Origin: Lachnospiraceae bacterium
GTDB taxonomy: Bacteria; Bacillota; Clostridia; Lachnospirales; Lachnospiraceae
DNA length: 45,460 nucleotides
Assembly (NCBI GenBank): GCA_029225485.1
Contig: JAQXWO010000243.1
Span: 1 to 45,460 of the forward strand
Direction of reading: 5' to 3'
Shown here: in pieces, positions 20,460 to 29,299 of the stretch
How the letters are laid out: each line of letters begins with the position of its first letter
Numbering within the stretch: position 1 is the stretch's first letter
The notes under the pieces: generated by a model
Told to the model about the DNA's origin: nothing
Database searches by the model: none
Seen by the model: the letters and a program-made list of their open reading frames with translations, nothing else
Translations under genes and position numbers: made by a program

Positions 20460-22385
20460 ATGATTTTATCTTGTCAAAATGTAACAAAATCTTTCGGAAG
20501 CGTGGACATCATCCGGGACGCTTCTTTCCATCTGGAAGAACATGAGAAAGCGGCCATTGTCGGCATCAACGGAGCCGGCAAGTCCACACTCCTGAAAATG
20601 ATCGTCGGGGAGCTTGCCCCTGACTCCGGAAGCATCACCATTTCCCGCGGAAAGACTCTGGGATACCTGGAACAGCATCAGGCACTGATGGCCAGCGAGG
20701 CCACCATCCACTCCGCTCTCATGGAAGAGAAAAAAGAACTGCTCGCCATGGAGCAGCGGCTTCGGGAAATGGAGCAGGAAATGAAACATCTGGATGGTGA
20801 CGCACTTCAGTCTCTCATGGCTTCCTACAACCGTGTGTCTACTGAGTTTGAACGGCAGGATGGCTATTCTGTCCAGAGTCAGGTCACCGGCGTCCTGAAG
20901 GGCCTTGGTTTTTCCGAGGAGGAATTCGACAAAAAAGTAAACACCCTCTCCGGCGGTCAGAAGACCCGGGTCGCTCTGGGCAAGCTTCTTCTTTCAGAAC
21001 CGGATATTCTGCTGCTGGATGAGCCGGTCAACCATCTGGATATGTCCTCCATCGCCTGGCTGGAGAATTATCTGCTGAATTACAAGGGCGCCGTCCTGAT
21101 CGTTGCCCATGACCGTTATTTTCTCAACCGGATCGCCACAAAGATTTTTGAGATTGAAAACGGCAGCGTGATGACGTTTACCGGCAATTACAGCGATTAT
21201 GCAAAGAAAAAAGCCCAGCTGCGGGAGATCCAGTGGAAAGCTTATCTGAATCAGCAGCAGGAAATCAAACACCAGGAGGCGGTCATCACCAGGCTGCGCT
21301 CCTTCAACCGAGAAAAATCCATCAAGCGCGCAGAAAGCCGTGAGAAAATGCTGGACAAGATACAGGTGCTGGAAAAACCCCGGGAGATCGATGATGAGAT
21401 GCACCTTCGTTTTTCTCCTTCCACCGTCAGCGGCAATGACGTGCTCATGGTGGAGGGACTTTCCAAATCCTATTCCGGCGCTCCCCTGTTCCGTGATCTT
21501 GACTTTATCATTCACCGTGGAGAAAAGGTAGCCATCATCGGTGACAACGGTACCGGAAAAACTACCATTTTAAAGCTGATCAACGGTCTCGTGAAGCCGG
21601 ATCAGGGCACGATCACCACCGGAAGCAAAGTTGAGATCGGCTATTATGACCAGGAACACCAGGTCCTCCATATGGATAAAACCCTCATGGATGAGATCTC
21701 TGATACATATCCGGATATGACCATCACAGAAATACGCAATCTTCTGGCAGCGTTTCTTTTCACCGGCGATGATGTATTCAAACGCATCAGGGATCTCAGC
21801 GGCGGCGAGCGGGGCCGTGTCTCACTGGCCAAACTGATGCTCTCCAATGCCAATTTCCTGATTCTGGATGAGCCGACCAACCATCTGGATATCACCTCCA
21901 AGGAGATCCTGGAGGAAGCGATCCGCAACTATACCGGTACCGTGCTGTACGTATCCCATGACCGTTATTTTATCAACCAAACAGCCACCCGCATTCTGGA
22001 ACTGAAAAATCAGACGCTGGTCAATTACATCGGGAACTACGATTATTATCTGGAAAAAGTAGACGAACTCACCCGCATACACGCGCCGGAGCCAGCCACA
22101 TCCTCCGCCCCCTCTGCCGCTGTCTCTTCCACCTCTTCCCGGGAAGACTGGGCTCGCAAAAAAGAAGAACAGGCGCGGGAACGAAAACGCCTGAATGACC
22201 TGAAAAAAACAGAGGACAAGATATCCTCTCTGGAAGATCGGGACAAAGAGATCGATGAGCTGATGACACAGGAAGCCGTCTTCTCCGATGTGGCAAAATG
22301 CGTGGAACTCAGCAAAGAAAAAGCTGCCATTGCAGAGCAGCTGGAGACACTGTATGAGCTGTGGGAGGCGCTGTCGGAAGGGTAA
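20460..22385 (+). CDS. ABC-F family ATP-binding protein (YdiF-like)
   Basis: Two ABC domains (GINGAGKST/LSGGQ/LLDEP; GDNGTGKTT/LSGGE/ILDEPTNHLD), linker and C-terminal coiled coil, no TM segments; divergent from rex. Confidence 0.93.
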   Translation: MILSCQNVTKSFGSVDIIRDASFHLEEHEKAAIVGINGAGKSTLLKMIVGELAPDSGSITISRGKTLGYLEQHQALMASEATIHSALMEEKKELLAMEQRLREMEQEMKHLDGDALQSLMASYNRVSTEFERQDGYSVQSQVTGVLKGLGFSEEEFDKKVNTLSGGQKTRVALGKLLLSEPDILLLDEPVNHLDMSSIAWLENYLLNYKGAVLIVAHDRYFLNRIATKIFEIENGSVMTFTGNYSDYAKKKAQLREIQWKAYLNQQQEIKHQEAVITRLRSFNREKSIKRAESREKMLDKIQVLEKPREIDDEMHLRFSPSTVSGNDVLMVEGLSKSYSGAPLFRDLDFIIHRGEKVAIIGDNGTGKTTILKLINGLVKPDQGTITTGSKVEIGYYDQEHQVLHMDKTLMDEISDTYPDMTITEIRNLLAAFLFTGDDVFKRIRDLSGGERGRVSLAKLMLSNANFLILDEPTNHLDITSKEILEEAIRNYTGTVLYVSHDRYFINQTATRILELKNQTLVNYIGNYDYYLEKVDELTRIHAPEPATSSAPSAAVSSTSSREDWARKKEEQARERKRLNDLKKTEDKISSLEDRDKEIDELMTQEAVFSDVAKCVELSKEKAAIAEQLETLYELWEALSEG

Positions 22386-22398
22386 TAATGAAAGCGAC

Positions 22399-22578
22399 GC
22401 ACCGGACGGCCACACCATGCCTCCTGCAAACGCGTACAACGCTTCGGCAGGCTTCCGCTTACTGCGACTATGCACGCTCAGGAATGCCTTCGCGCTCAGT
22501 CTCCGTAAGCGGCGATCTTGCCTCTGCTAAAAGCGTACGCTAAATGTTTGCAGGAGGCATGGTGCGGCCGTCCGGTGC
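22399..22578. repeat. 180-nt long imperfect palindrome (hairpin element)
   Basis: GCACCGGACGGCCACACCATGCCTCCTGCAAAC pairs with GTTTGCAGGAGGCATGGTGCGGCCGTCCGGTGC; nested inner pairing (GCGTAC/GTACGC, CCGCTTAC/GTAAGCGG). Confidence 0.85.
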
Positions 22579-22636
22579 TGTGGTTCGCAATTTGATTGAT
22601 CTACATGTTTTTATCCTGCCGCCTGCTTCTGCGTCA

Positions 22637-25213
22637 TTATATGCTATCCGAGCGCCCGCAGATCGCATGATTTTTGACTCCATCCACCCACAGGCGGATA
22701 TCGGATACTTCATATACGCGGATCATTTCTTTCAGCCCGGCATATTCCGGACAGATCTCTTCAAACAGATTTTTCTGTCCGATAAAATAGTCTCGCTCAT
22801 ATCGTTTTGTCCGGCGGTCACCGAAAATGGCGCCGTAGAATATTTCTGCCTCTACCAGATCCTGAAACATATGACTGCCGAAGCTAAGTTCGGGCATATA
22901 GCCTGCTCTTGTATCGGTCACTTCACAGATGGCGCAAAATCCGCAGATATCCACAAATTTTACCGGAACTCCAAGCTCCGGAGAGGAGGTGCCGATCCGT
23001 CCCGGAACAGTCAGCAGACGATTTTTCCCGCTGCCGCTGTAATACCGGTTCACCCTGCCGATGGCCTCTGCCACCAGGGGCTTTCTGGCATGTTCAAACT
23101 CATAATAGGCTTTCGGTTCCACCTGCACGATCACGTCAATCGGTTTGTCCACTGACTGCCCCATGGATGACTCTTCTATATCAAAGAATACATTTTCCAC
23201 AGGAAGCTTCGGGAGTTCTGCTTTAACCCCGGATTCACCTACATACAGCGGACGGCACTGCAGCAGATTCACAACAAAATCTTCTCCCTGGGCCAGATTC
23301 ACCGTATATTCGATGTCCACCGGATTGTCATAGGCTTCCTGAAGCTGATGAAGTATTTCTTTCATCATCGATGTAAATTTACGGTTTGCCAGAAGCCGCT
23401 GGCAGCTGACGAAATATACATCCCTGTATCTCCCCAGTTCCCTCAGTCGATCTTCCGCCTCGTAATCATGTTCCAGAATCGTATTTTTATACCAGACGGG
23501 CAGATGTGGAATCAGGGTATCCAGTTTTACCTCACAGAACTCATTTTTCATCATATCGATCACATCGATCCTGTGCTGGGAAAACCGGTGCTTATCTGCC
23601 ACTTTGGTCAGCATCGTCACCTCAGGCCGGTCCAGATTGACCAGTCTCGGATAATCATTTTCTGTCCGGTCTACCGCCCGGGTACCCAGGCCCATGACAA
23701 TGCGAAGCATTCCTGCGGAAGGATCCATATCCGGCATCCATTTGTAGGTACTGTAGCTGTATCCCACACCGGCCGCACAGGGCAGATAATAATTTCCATA
23801 ATAAGTACCGGACACCCGCTGCACCAGGACAGCCATCTGTTCATCTTTTCCCGCAAGTCCCCGTCTCTTTCTGTATTCCAGCGCCGATGGATCCATGGTG
23901 CTGGCGTAAACACGTTTCACCGCATCCTCAAATGCCTTCATCCTCTCCTGGATATCCCCCCGGTTCGGGCAGAAGACTGATTCGTATTTCCCTGCAAAAG
24001 CATTGCCAAAGCCATCCTCCAGCAGACTGGAAGAACGGACGATGATAGGATTCTGGCCAAAATACTCCAGCATATTCCGGAACCGGTCCCTGATATTGTT
24101 GGGAAAGGTGCCTGCCAGAAGGCCTTCCTGCAGCTCTTTGGCCGCATCCAGGTACCCTTCCTCCGTTCTCTGCCGGATCCTCGTCATCCAGCATCCATTC
24201 ATGACGATGTACGTATAAAAGACATCGGAACCGATATAAAACGAATCGTGCTGCTCCATATGCATCTGATAATCCGGCATGGTCTTTTCTACGATCTTCC
24301 GTGCCAGCAGCATGCCGCAGGCCTTTCCTCCAATGGCGCCGCTTCCGATCATCCGGTCCCGCAGGGCAAAATAATCCCCTGGTTCAAAGTATTGTTTCAG
24401 AAGCATACTCATCTTTTTGTCTCTCGTCATGGTACTCTCAATGATCATATCCTCCGTTTCCTCTGTGAAAGTACCATTCTGATAGTCCATCCTGGCCCGG
24501 GACATAAACCGGTCATGACTGTCAAAAGACTGATCCTGGGTAAATCGTGAGATGCGCTCCAGCAGATTATAATACCTGCTGGTCCCCACCCCGTCTGTCA
24601 GCGGCCGAAACTCTCCGGTTTCCCTGTCATAGCTGTGGGGCAGAAACATCGTTGCCGAATACCGGTTCCAGACCTTGATCGGATGAAGGTACAGACTGTC
24701 ACCCTCCGAATATACGTCAAGAAGAAGCTGTGTCGTATCCCGGATACGGGCAACTGCGTCAAAGGAATGCTTTCCTCTCATCAGAGGAAAGAAGGCAACA
24801 GTGTCCAGCGTGAACAGATAGGGACATGTGACACAGAAAAAATTGCCCATCATCAGATCCGTATACCAGGCAGACTGCAGCTCTGACAGACTGTCAAAGA
24901 CATAAAAAGCATCTCTGCCCTCCTTTGTGATCACATGATGAATGTCCACCGTAAACTGTTCAAAGCCTGCATCCGGATCAAACTGATACCGTTTCACACC
25001 CTCCATCTCCGGCAGTATCGGCGGATGCTGTGCAAAGCGGATATAGATGAGATTTCGGTGATCCTCAATCGCCTGTCTGACATAAGGCATCACAAAGAAA
25101 CGATATTCCTCCAGACTGGACACCTGCCACACCACATTATCTCCCAGTCTGATATAATCAAGCGCCCGGTCTACACCAGGCAGTCCACTGTTTATCTTAT
25201 CAAATGCTGCCAT
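22637..25213 (-). CDS. PEP/pyruvate-binding (PPDK_N, ATP-grasp) domain protein with degenerate KaiC/RecA-like N-terminus
   Basis: IGGKACG, IIVRSSSLLEDGFGNAFAGKYES, MAVLVQRV, GLGTRAV, PVDIEY, LLQCRPL ATP-grasp motifs. The N-terminus INSGLPGVDRAL resembles KaiC-like starts but has no Walker A. Confidence 0.85.
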   Translation of the reverse strand: MAAFDKINSGLPGVDRALDYIRLGDNVVWQVSSLEEYRFFVMPYVRQAIEDHRNLIYIRFAQHPPILPEMEGVKRYQFDPDAGFEQFTVDIHHVITKEGRDAFYVFDSLSELQSAWYTDLMMGNFFCVTCPYLFTLDTVAFFPLMRGKHSFDAVARIRDTTQLLLDVYSEGDSLYLHPIKVWNRYSATMFLPHSYDRETGEFRPLTDGVGTSRYYNLLERISRFTQDQSFDSHDRFMSRARMDYQNGTFTEETEDMIIESTMTRDKKMSMLLKQYFEPGDYFALRDRMIGSGAIGGKACGMLLARKIVEKTMPDYQMHMEQHDSFYIGSDVFYTYIVMNGCWMTRIRQRTEEGYLDAAKELQEGLLAGTFPNNIRDRFRNMLEYFGQNPIIVRSSSLLEDGFGNAFAGKYESVFCPNRGDIQERMKAFEDAVKRVYASTMDPSALEYRKRRGLAGKDEQMAVLVQRVSGTYYGNYYLPCAAGVGYSYSTYKWMPDMDPSAGMLRIVMGLGTRAVDRTENDYPRLVNLDRPEVTMLTKVADKHRFSQHRIDVIDMMKNEFCEVKLDTLIPHLPVWYKNTILEHDYEAEDRLRELGRYRDVYFVSCQRLLANRKFTSMMKEILHQLQEAYDNPVDIEYTVNLAQGEDFVVNLLQCRPLYVGESGVKAELPKLPVENVFFDIEESSMGQSVDKPIDVIVQVEPKAYYEFEHARKPLVAEAIGRVNRYYSGSGKNRLLTVPGRIGTSSPELGVPVKFVDICGFCAICEVTDTRAGYMPELSFGSHMFQDLVEAEIFYGAIFGDRRTKRYERDYFIGQKNLFEEICPEYAGLKEMIRVYEVSDIRLWVDGVKNHAICGRSDSI

Positions 25214-25282
25214 ATAAAATCCTCCCGTCTGATTTTAACTTCCCGTTCCTGAGCTGCGACGAAAAACCGGTCTGTACAGTCG

Positions 25283-25343
25283 AAAAAAGGCCGCATCAAA
25301 AACACTGATGCGGCCTTTCGCTCAAATAACAATCATTTTTGTT
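25283..25343 (-). promoter_or_regulatory. Leader attenuator: intrinsic terminator overlapped by an ANTAR-like hexaloop hairpin
   Basis: Perfect 13-bp stem AAAGGCCGCATCA/TGATGCGGCCTTT ending in a U tract. GCG-AAAGGC-CGC (25310-25321) overlaps its 5' arm. A weaker upstream hairpin AACAA-AAATGA-TTGTT is also present. Confidence 0.6.
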
Positions 25344-25345
25344 TT

Positions 25346-25374
25346 ATTATCTCATTTCCGAAAAAACATGTCAA
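25346..25374 (-). promoter_or_regulatory. SigA-type promoter for the PPDK_N gene
   Basis: TTGACA (25369-25374), 17 nt spacer, TGn-extended GATAAT (25346-25351). Confidence 0.65.
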
Positions 25375-25445
25375 GTACAGATGTTGCTTCGCTGCAGGAA
25401 CGTAGTAAACAATAACGATTTATAATCAGGCTTATACAACCTGAC

Positions 25446-25599
25446 GCCATGCAAGTCACAGACCGCCTGCTCACGCAGGCTATCCGCTGCTTTGCATCTC
25501 CTGTCTGTGACTGAATGGGCGTTCCGCCCATTCTTAAAATGAAAATTCAAACCTTTGCAGATAAATCTGCACGGTCTGTCTTTTCATTTATTGCATGGC
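25446..25599. other. Multi-branched structured intergenic element (154 nt)
   Basis: Closing stem GCCATGCAA/TTGCATGGC encloses three arms: AGTCACAGAC/GTCTGTGACT, GAATGGGCG/CGCCCATTC and AAATGAAAA/TTTTCATTT (tipped by TGCAGAT/ATCTGCA). Confidence 0.75.
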
Positions 25600-25772
25600 T
25601 GAACTTTAGTTCACAATTTTTTCATTAGCTTTTTCCAGGAATTTGTGATATCATGAACGTAATTTTACTTTCTGAATTCTTTCAGTTACATCCTGATGAT
25701 AACATTCAGCACTGCATTTTCCCTGTTTTTCAGAACAGATTCCATTTTTCAATTGAACGGAGGTATTTTATA

Positions 25773-27140
25773 TTGAACGAGATACAATATTCTGAAATTA
25801 CACCTGAAATTTTGAAACTATCCAAATTATGCACGAATGTCAGCCAGATCGATCCTGAGCTGTACTACAAATATGATGTCAAAAGAGGGCTGCGCGATCT
25901 GAATGGAAAGGGTGTTCTTGCAGGTCTCACGGAGATATCTGAAGTACACTCGAAAGATATCATTAACGGTAAGGAAGTCCCCTGCCGAGGCGAACTGTTT
26001 TATCGCGGACGAAACATCAAGGATCTGGTACGCGGTTTCGTGTCTGAGCATCGTTTTGGATATGAAGAGATCGCCTATCTTCTGTTATTCGGCGATCTTC
26101 CCGACCAGAAAGAGCTGGAGTCTTTTTCCTCTTTGCTGGCGGATTATCGGCAGCAGCTCCCTTCCAGCTTCGTGAGGGATATCATTATGAAAGCTCCCAG
26201 CAGCGACATGATGAATACGCTGGCTCGCAGCGTACTGACACTGTATTCCTACGATGACCGGGCAGATGATATCTCCATTCCCAATGTGCTCCGGCAGTGC
26301 CTGCAGCTGATCAGCATTTTCCCGCTGCTCTCTGTCTATGGCTATCAGGCCTACCAGCATTATTACAATGGAAAGAGTCTGTATATTCACACGCCCCGGA
26401 AAGATCTTTCTACAGCAGAAAATATTCTTCATATTCTGCGCCCGGACAGCAACTATTCTGATCTGGAGGCACATATTCTGGATCTGGCTCTGGTTCTCCA
26501 TATGGAACACGGCGGAGGAAACAACTCCACCTTTGCGACCCATGTCATCTCTTCCTCGGGCACAGATACTTATTCTGTCATGGCCGCTTCCCTTGGATCC
26601 CTGAAGGGTCCCCGACATGGAGGTGCCAACATTAAAGTCGTAAAAATGTTTGACGATATGAAGCAGAAAATCAAGGACTGGGAGGACGATGACGAAATCC
26701 GTGCCTATCTGCGGGCTCTGCTGAACAAAGATGCCTTCGACCATTCCGGTCTGATCTATGGTATCGGACATGCAGTCTACTCTCTCTCTGATCCCCGTGC
26801 AGAGATCTTCAAAAGCTTCGTCGGGAAACTGAGTGTAGAAAAGGGAAAAGAGAAGGAATTCCGTCTGGGAACGGCTGTGGAACGGCTTGCTCCTGAAGTG
26901 ATCGCCGAAAAATGCAAGATTTACAAAGGTGTCAGCGCAAATGTGGACTTCTACAGTGGATTCGTATACGACATGATGGGTCTGCCAAAAGAGCTGTACA
27001 CTCCTATTTTTGCCATGGCCCGTATTGTGGGATGGAGCGCTCATCGGATCGAGGAGCTGGCTAACAACGGAAAGATCATCCGTCCCGCTTACAAAAATAT
27101 CTGTGAACGTATTGACTATATCCCCCTGTCTGAACGCTGA
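25773..27140 (+). CDS. Citrate (Si)-synthase / 2-methylcitrate synthase family
   Basis: LHMEHGGGNNSTF, GPRHGGAN, YGIGHAVY..SDPRA, ANVDFYSG, RIVGWSAH. Likely TTG start at 25773 behind GGAGGT. Confidence 0.95.
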   Translation: MNEIQYSEITPEILKLSKLCTNVSQIDPELYYKYDVKRGLRDLNGKGVLAGLTEISEVHSKDIINGKEVPCRGELFYRGRNIKDLVRGFVSEHRFGYEEIAYLLLFGDLPDQKELESFSSLLADYRQQLPSSFVRDIIMKAPSSDMMNTLARSVLTLYSYDDRADDISIPNVLRQCLQLISIFPLLSVYGYQAYQHYYNGKSLYIHTPRKDLSTAENILHILRPDSNYSDLEAHILDLALVLHMEHGGGNNSTFATHVISSSGTDTYSVMAASLGSLKGPRHGGANIKVVKMFDDMKQKIKDWEDDDEIRAYLRALLNKDAFDHSGLIYGIGHAVYSLSDPRAEIFKSFVGKLSVEKGKEKEFRLGTAVERLAPEVIAEKCKIYKGVSANVDFYSGFVYDMMGLPKELYTPIFAMARIVGWSAHRIEELANNGKIIRPAYKNICERIDYIPLSER

Positions 27141-27166
27141 TATTGATCCTGCGGGACACATAAATA

Positions 27167-27208
27167 AACGGTCTGTGAAGATACCTCATCGATTCACAGA
27201 CCGTCTTT
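27167..27208. terminator. Terminator between convergent genes
   Basis: ACGGTCTGTGAA / TTCACAGACCGT stem. Confidence 0.7.
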
Positions 27209-27244
27209 CTTATACTCTATCTAATTTCAAGTAACTCTGCTCTC

Positions 27245-27610
27245 TTATTTCTTCAAACCCCAGAATTCCCTGATTGCCTTTTTGGATACCACCGTGTACC
27301 AGATCAGAGATATCAGAAAAATCAGCATGGCAATACAGTAAACCGTACCGGATACCAGAAGAAAAAAGTCCATCATGAATCCAAGCACACCGCAGATAAC
27401 TGAAATCACACCGACAACTGCAAGCCGCGGACAGGCAAAGGCTATATATCCCGCCGGATCTTTACAGTGTCTTGGATCCATGCCCTTCGGCAGCATCATA
27501 CCGCCCTTGATCGCTCCGGTCGTCTTCATGGAGACACAGGCATACAGAATATAAATCCCAAATGCCAGAATGATCATATCCAGCATCCCGTTAAAGCTTG
27601 TTGTGCCCAT
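27245..27610 (-). CDS. Hypothetical membrane protein (3 TM)
   Basis: AGGAGG RBS at the thrC stop, ATG 27610, three hydrophobic segments. Confidence 0.7.
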   Translation of the reverse strand: MGTTSFNGMLDMIILAFGIYILYACVSMKTTGAIKGGMMLPKGMDPRHCKDPAGYIAFACPRLAVVGVISVICGVLGFMMDFFLLVSGTVYCIAMLIFLISLIWYTVVSKKAIREFWGLKK

Positions 27611-27620
27611 CTGTATCCTC

Positions 27621-29114
27621 CTATCTGGCAACGCCAAGGAACCGTTTCACAGCATCCTTCATCTCTCCCACTTCGATCACCTGATCGTGAAGAACCGGTG
27701 CTGTCCGAATCTCCTCAATAGCTGCCGGAATCACAGTATGGCTGATTCCGGAGAGCTCATCGATCAGAGCAAAATCATCAAGAGAACTGTACTTCGGATC
27801 AATCGCCTGCATCACACTTCTGGCAAACTTATAGGGACTCGCCGTGGATGCAATCACCGTAACAGTCTGATCGCCCGTCTTCTCACGATAATCACTGTAT
27901 ACTCTGGATGCCACCGCCGTATGAGTATCGATCACATATCCCTCTTTCTCATACAGACGCCGGATCTCATCGGCTGTCTGCTCCTCTGTCGCATAACCAC
28001 CTCTGAAATCCCCCAGAGAAGCTCTCATCTCATCCGTAATCTTATATACGCCATTTCTGGAAAGGTCTGCCATATAGGCAGCATTTTTCTCAGCATCATC
28101 ACCTGCCAGGCGATAGATCAGACGCTCAAGATTGCTGGAGATCAGAATGTCCATAGAAGGAGACGTAGTAAGATGGAACTCTCTGTTTCTGTCATACACA
28201 CCTGTCTCAAAGAAATCAAACAGTACTTTATTCTCATTAGAGGCACAGATCAGTTTTCCCACCGGAAGTCCCATGTTCTTAGCGTAAAATGCCGCCAGAA
28301 TATTTCCGAAATTGCCGGTAGGCACAACGACATTCACCGGCTGCCCTTCTGTGATCTTCCCCTCTGCCAGAAGTCTGCCATAGGCATATACATAATAAAC
28401 GACCTGCGGTACAAGACGGCCGATATTGATTGAATTGGCTGAGGAAAAACGGAATCCTGACTCGTCCAGTTCTGCTCTCAGCTCCTGATCGCCGAACAGC
28501 TTCTTCACACCGGTCTGGGCATCGTCAAAATTGCCTTTGATCCCGATCACACAGGTATTCTTTCCCTTCTGGGTCACCATCTGCTTTTCCTGGACAGGAC
28601 TCACGCCGTTTTTCGGATAGAATACTACGATCCTGGTACCCGGCACATCGGCAAATCCCGCAAGCGCAGCTTTACCGGTATCACCGGAAGTAGCTGTCAG
28701 AATCACGATCTCATGATCCTCATGATTTTTCTTCGCCGCTGTGGTCATCAGATATGGCAGAATGGAAAGCGCCATATCCTTGAACGCGATGGTCGCACCA
28801 TGAAACAGCTCCAGATAAAAACTGCCGTCTGCCTCATGGAGCGGAGCGATCAGCTCTGTATCAAACTTACTGTCATAGGCATGGCTGATACAGTACATAA
28901 GCTCTTCATCCGTAAAATCAGTCAGGAAACTCTTCATCACTGTATAAGCCGTCTCCTGATAGGTCATGCCGGCAAGTCTGGAAAGTGGCACCTCCAGGGC
29001 AGGAATCTGCTCCGGCACATACAGTCCGCCGTCCTCGGCAAGTCCGTTTAAAATCGCACGGGACGCCGTAACACAATTATTCGCATCTCTTGTACTTCTG
29101 TATCTTATCTCCAT
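27621..29114 (-). CDS. thrC: Threonine synthase
   Basis: YRSTR, GLAEDGGLYVP, LELFHGATIAFKDMAL, ATSGDTG, SANSINIGRL, PTGNFGN, SPSMDILISSNLERL, TASPYKF. Confidence 0.97.
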   Translation of the reverse strand: MEIRYRSTRDANNCVTASRAILNGLAEDGGLYVPEQIPALEVPLSRLAGMTYQETAYTVMKSFLTDFTDEELMYCISHAYDSKFDTELIAPLHEADGSFYLELFHGATIAFKDMALSILPYLMTTAAKKNHEDHEIVILTATSGDTGKAALAGFADVPGTRIVVFYPKNGVSPVQEKQMVTQKGKNTCVIGIKGNFDDAQTGVKKLFGDQELRAELDESGFRFSSANSINIGRLVPQVVYYVYAYGRLLAEGKITEGQPVNVVVPTGNFGNILAAFYAKNMGLPVGKLICASNENKVLFDFFETGVYDRNREFHLTTSPSMDILISSNLERLIYRLAGDDAEKNAAYMADLSRNGVYKITDEMRASLGDFRGGYATEEQTADEIRRLYEKEGYVIDTHTAVASRVYSDYREKTGDQTVTVIASTASPYKFARSVMQAIDPKYSSLDDFALIDELSGISHTVIPAAIEEIRTAPVLHDQVIEVGEMKDAVKRFLGVAR

Positions 29115-29231
29115 AATCAGTAATCCTCTTCTCCACAATCTGCTCGTCACAGATCATCTCATTTTCTGCTTTTTCGGAACAGTATAGCATAGGATTCCTT
29201 TTTTGTCCATATCTGCCTTTTCAGAAACAAC

Positions 29232-29293
29232 GTTACTATATCCGGGATCTTCTTACGAAAACCCCCGCAGGACAATGGCATCTGAACAGGAAC
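29232..29293. repeat. Dispersed GTTAC-bounded repeat, short copy 2
   Basis: 44/53 identity (manual count) to the core at 3013-3065; ends GTTACT...TGAACAGGAAC. Confidence 0.8.
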
Positions 29294-29299
29294 GAAATA

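Noticed and set aside
22288-23155. Short plus-strand ORFs spanning the 22399 hairpin (possible toxin or transposase remnant)
   Set aside because: No RBS, hydrophobic toxin signature or transposase motif; they are by-products of the GC-rich palindrome and the antisense frame.
25271-25280. TCTGTACAGT, identical to the end of the 2935-3065 repeat
   Set aside because: Only 10 nt, with no core or left end; likely chance.
25653-25772. N-terminal extensions in the ORF track (citrate synthase; also ABC-F 20322, mazF 16816, MATE 34381, 36142, ogt 41918)
   Set aside because: Better RBS-backed downstream starts exist. The extensions run through promoters, terminators or repeats.
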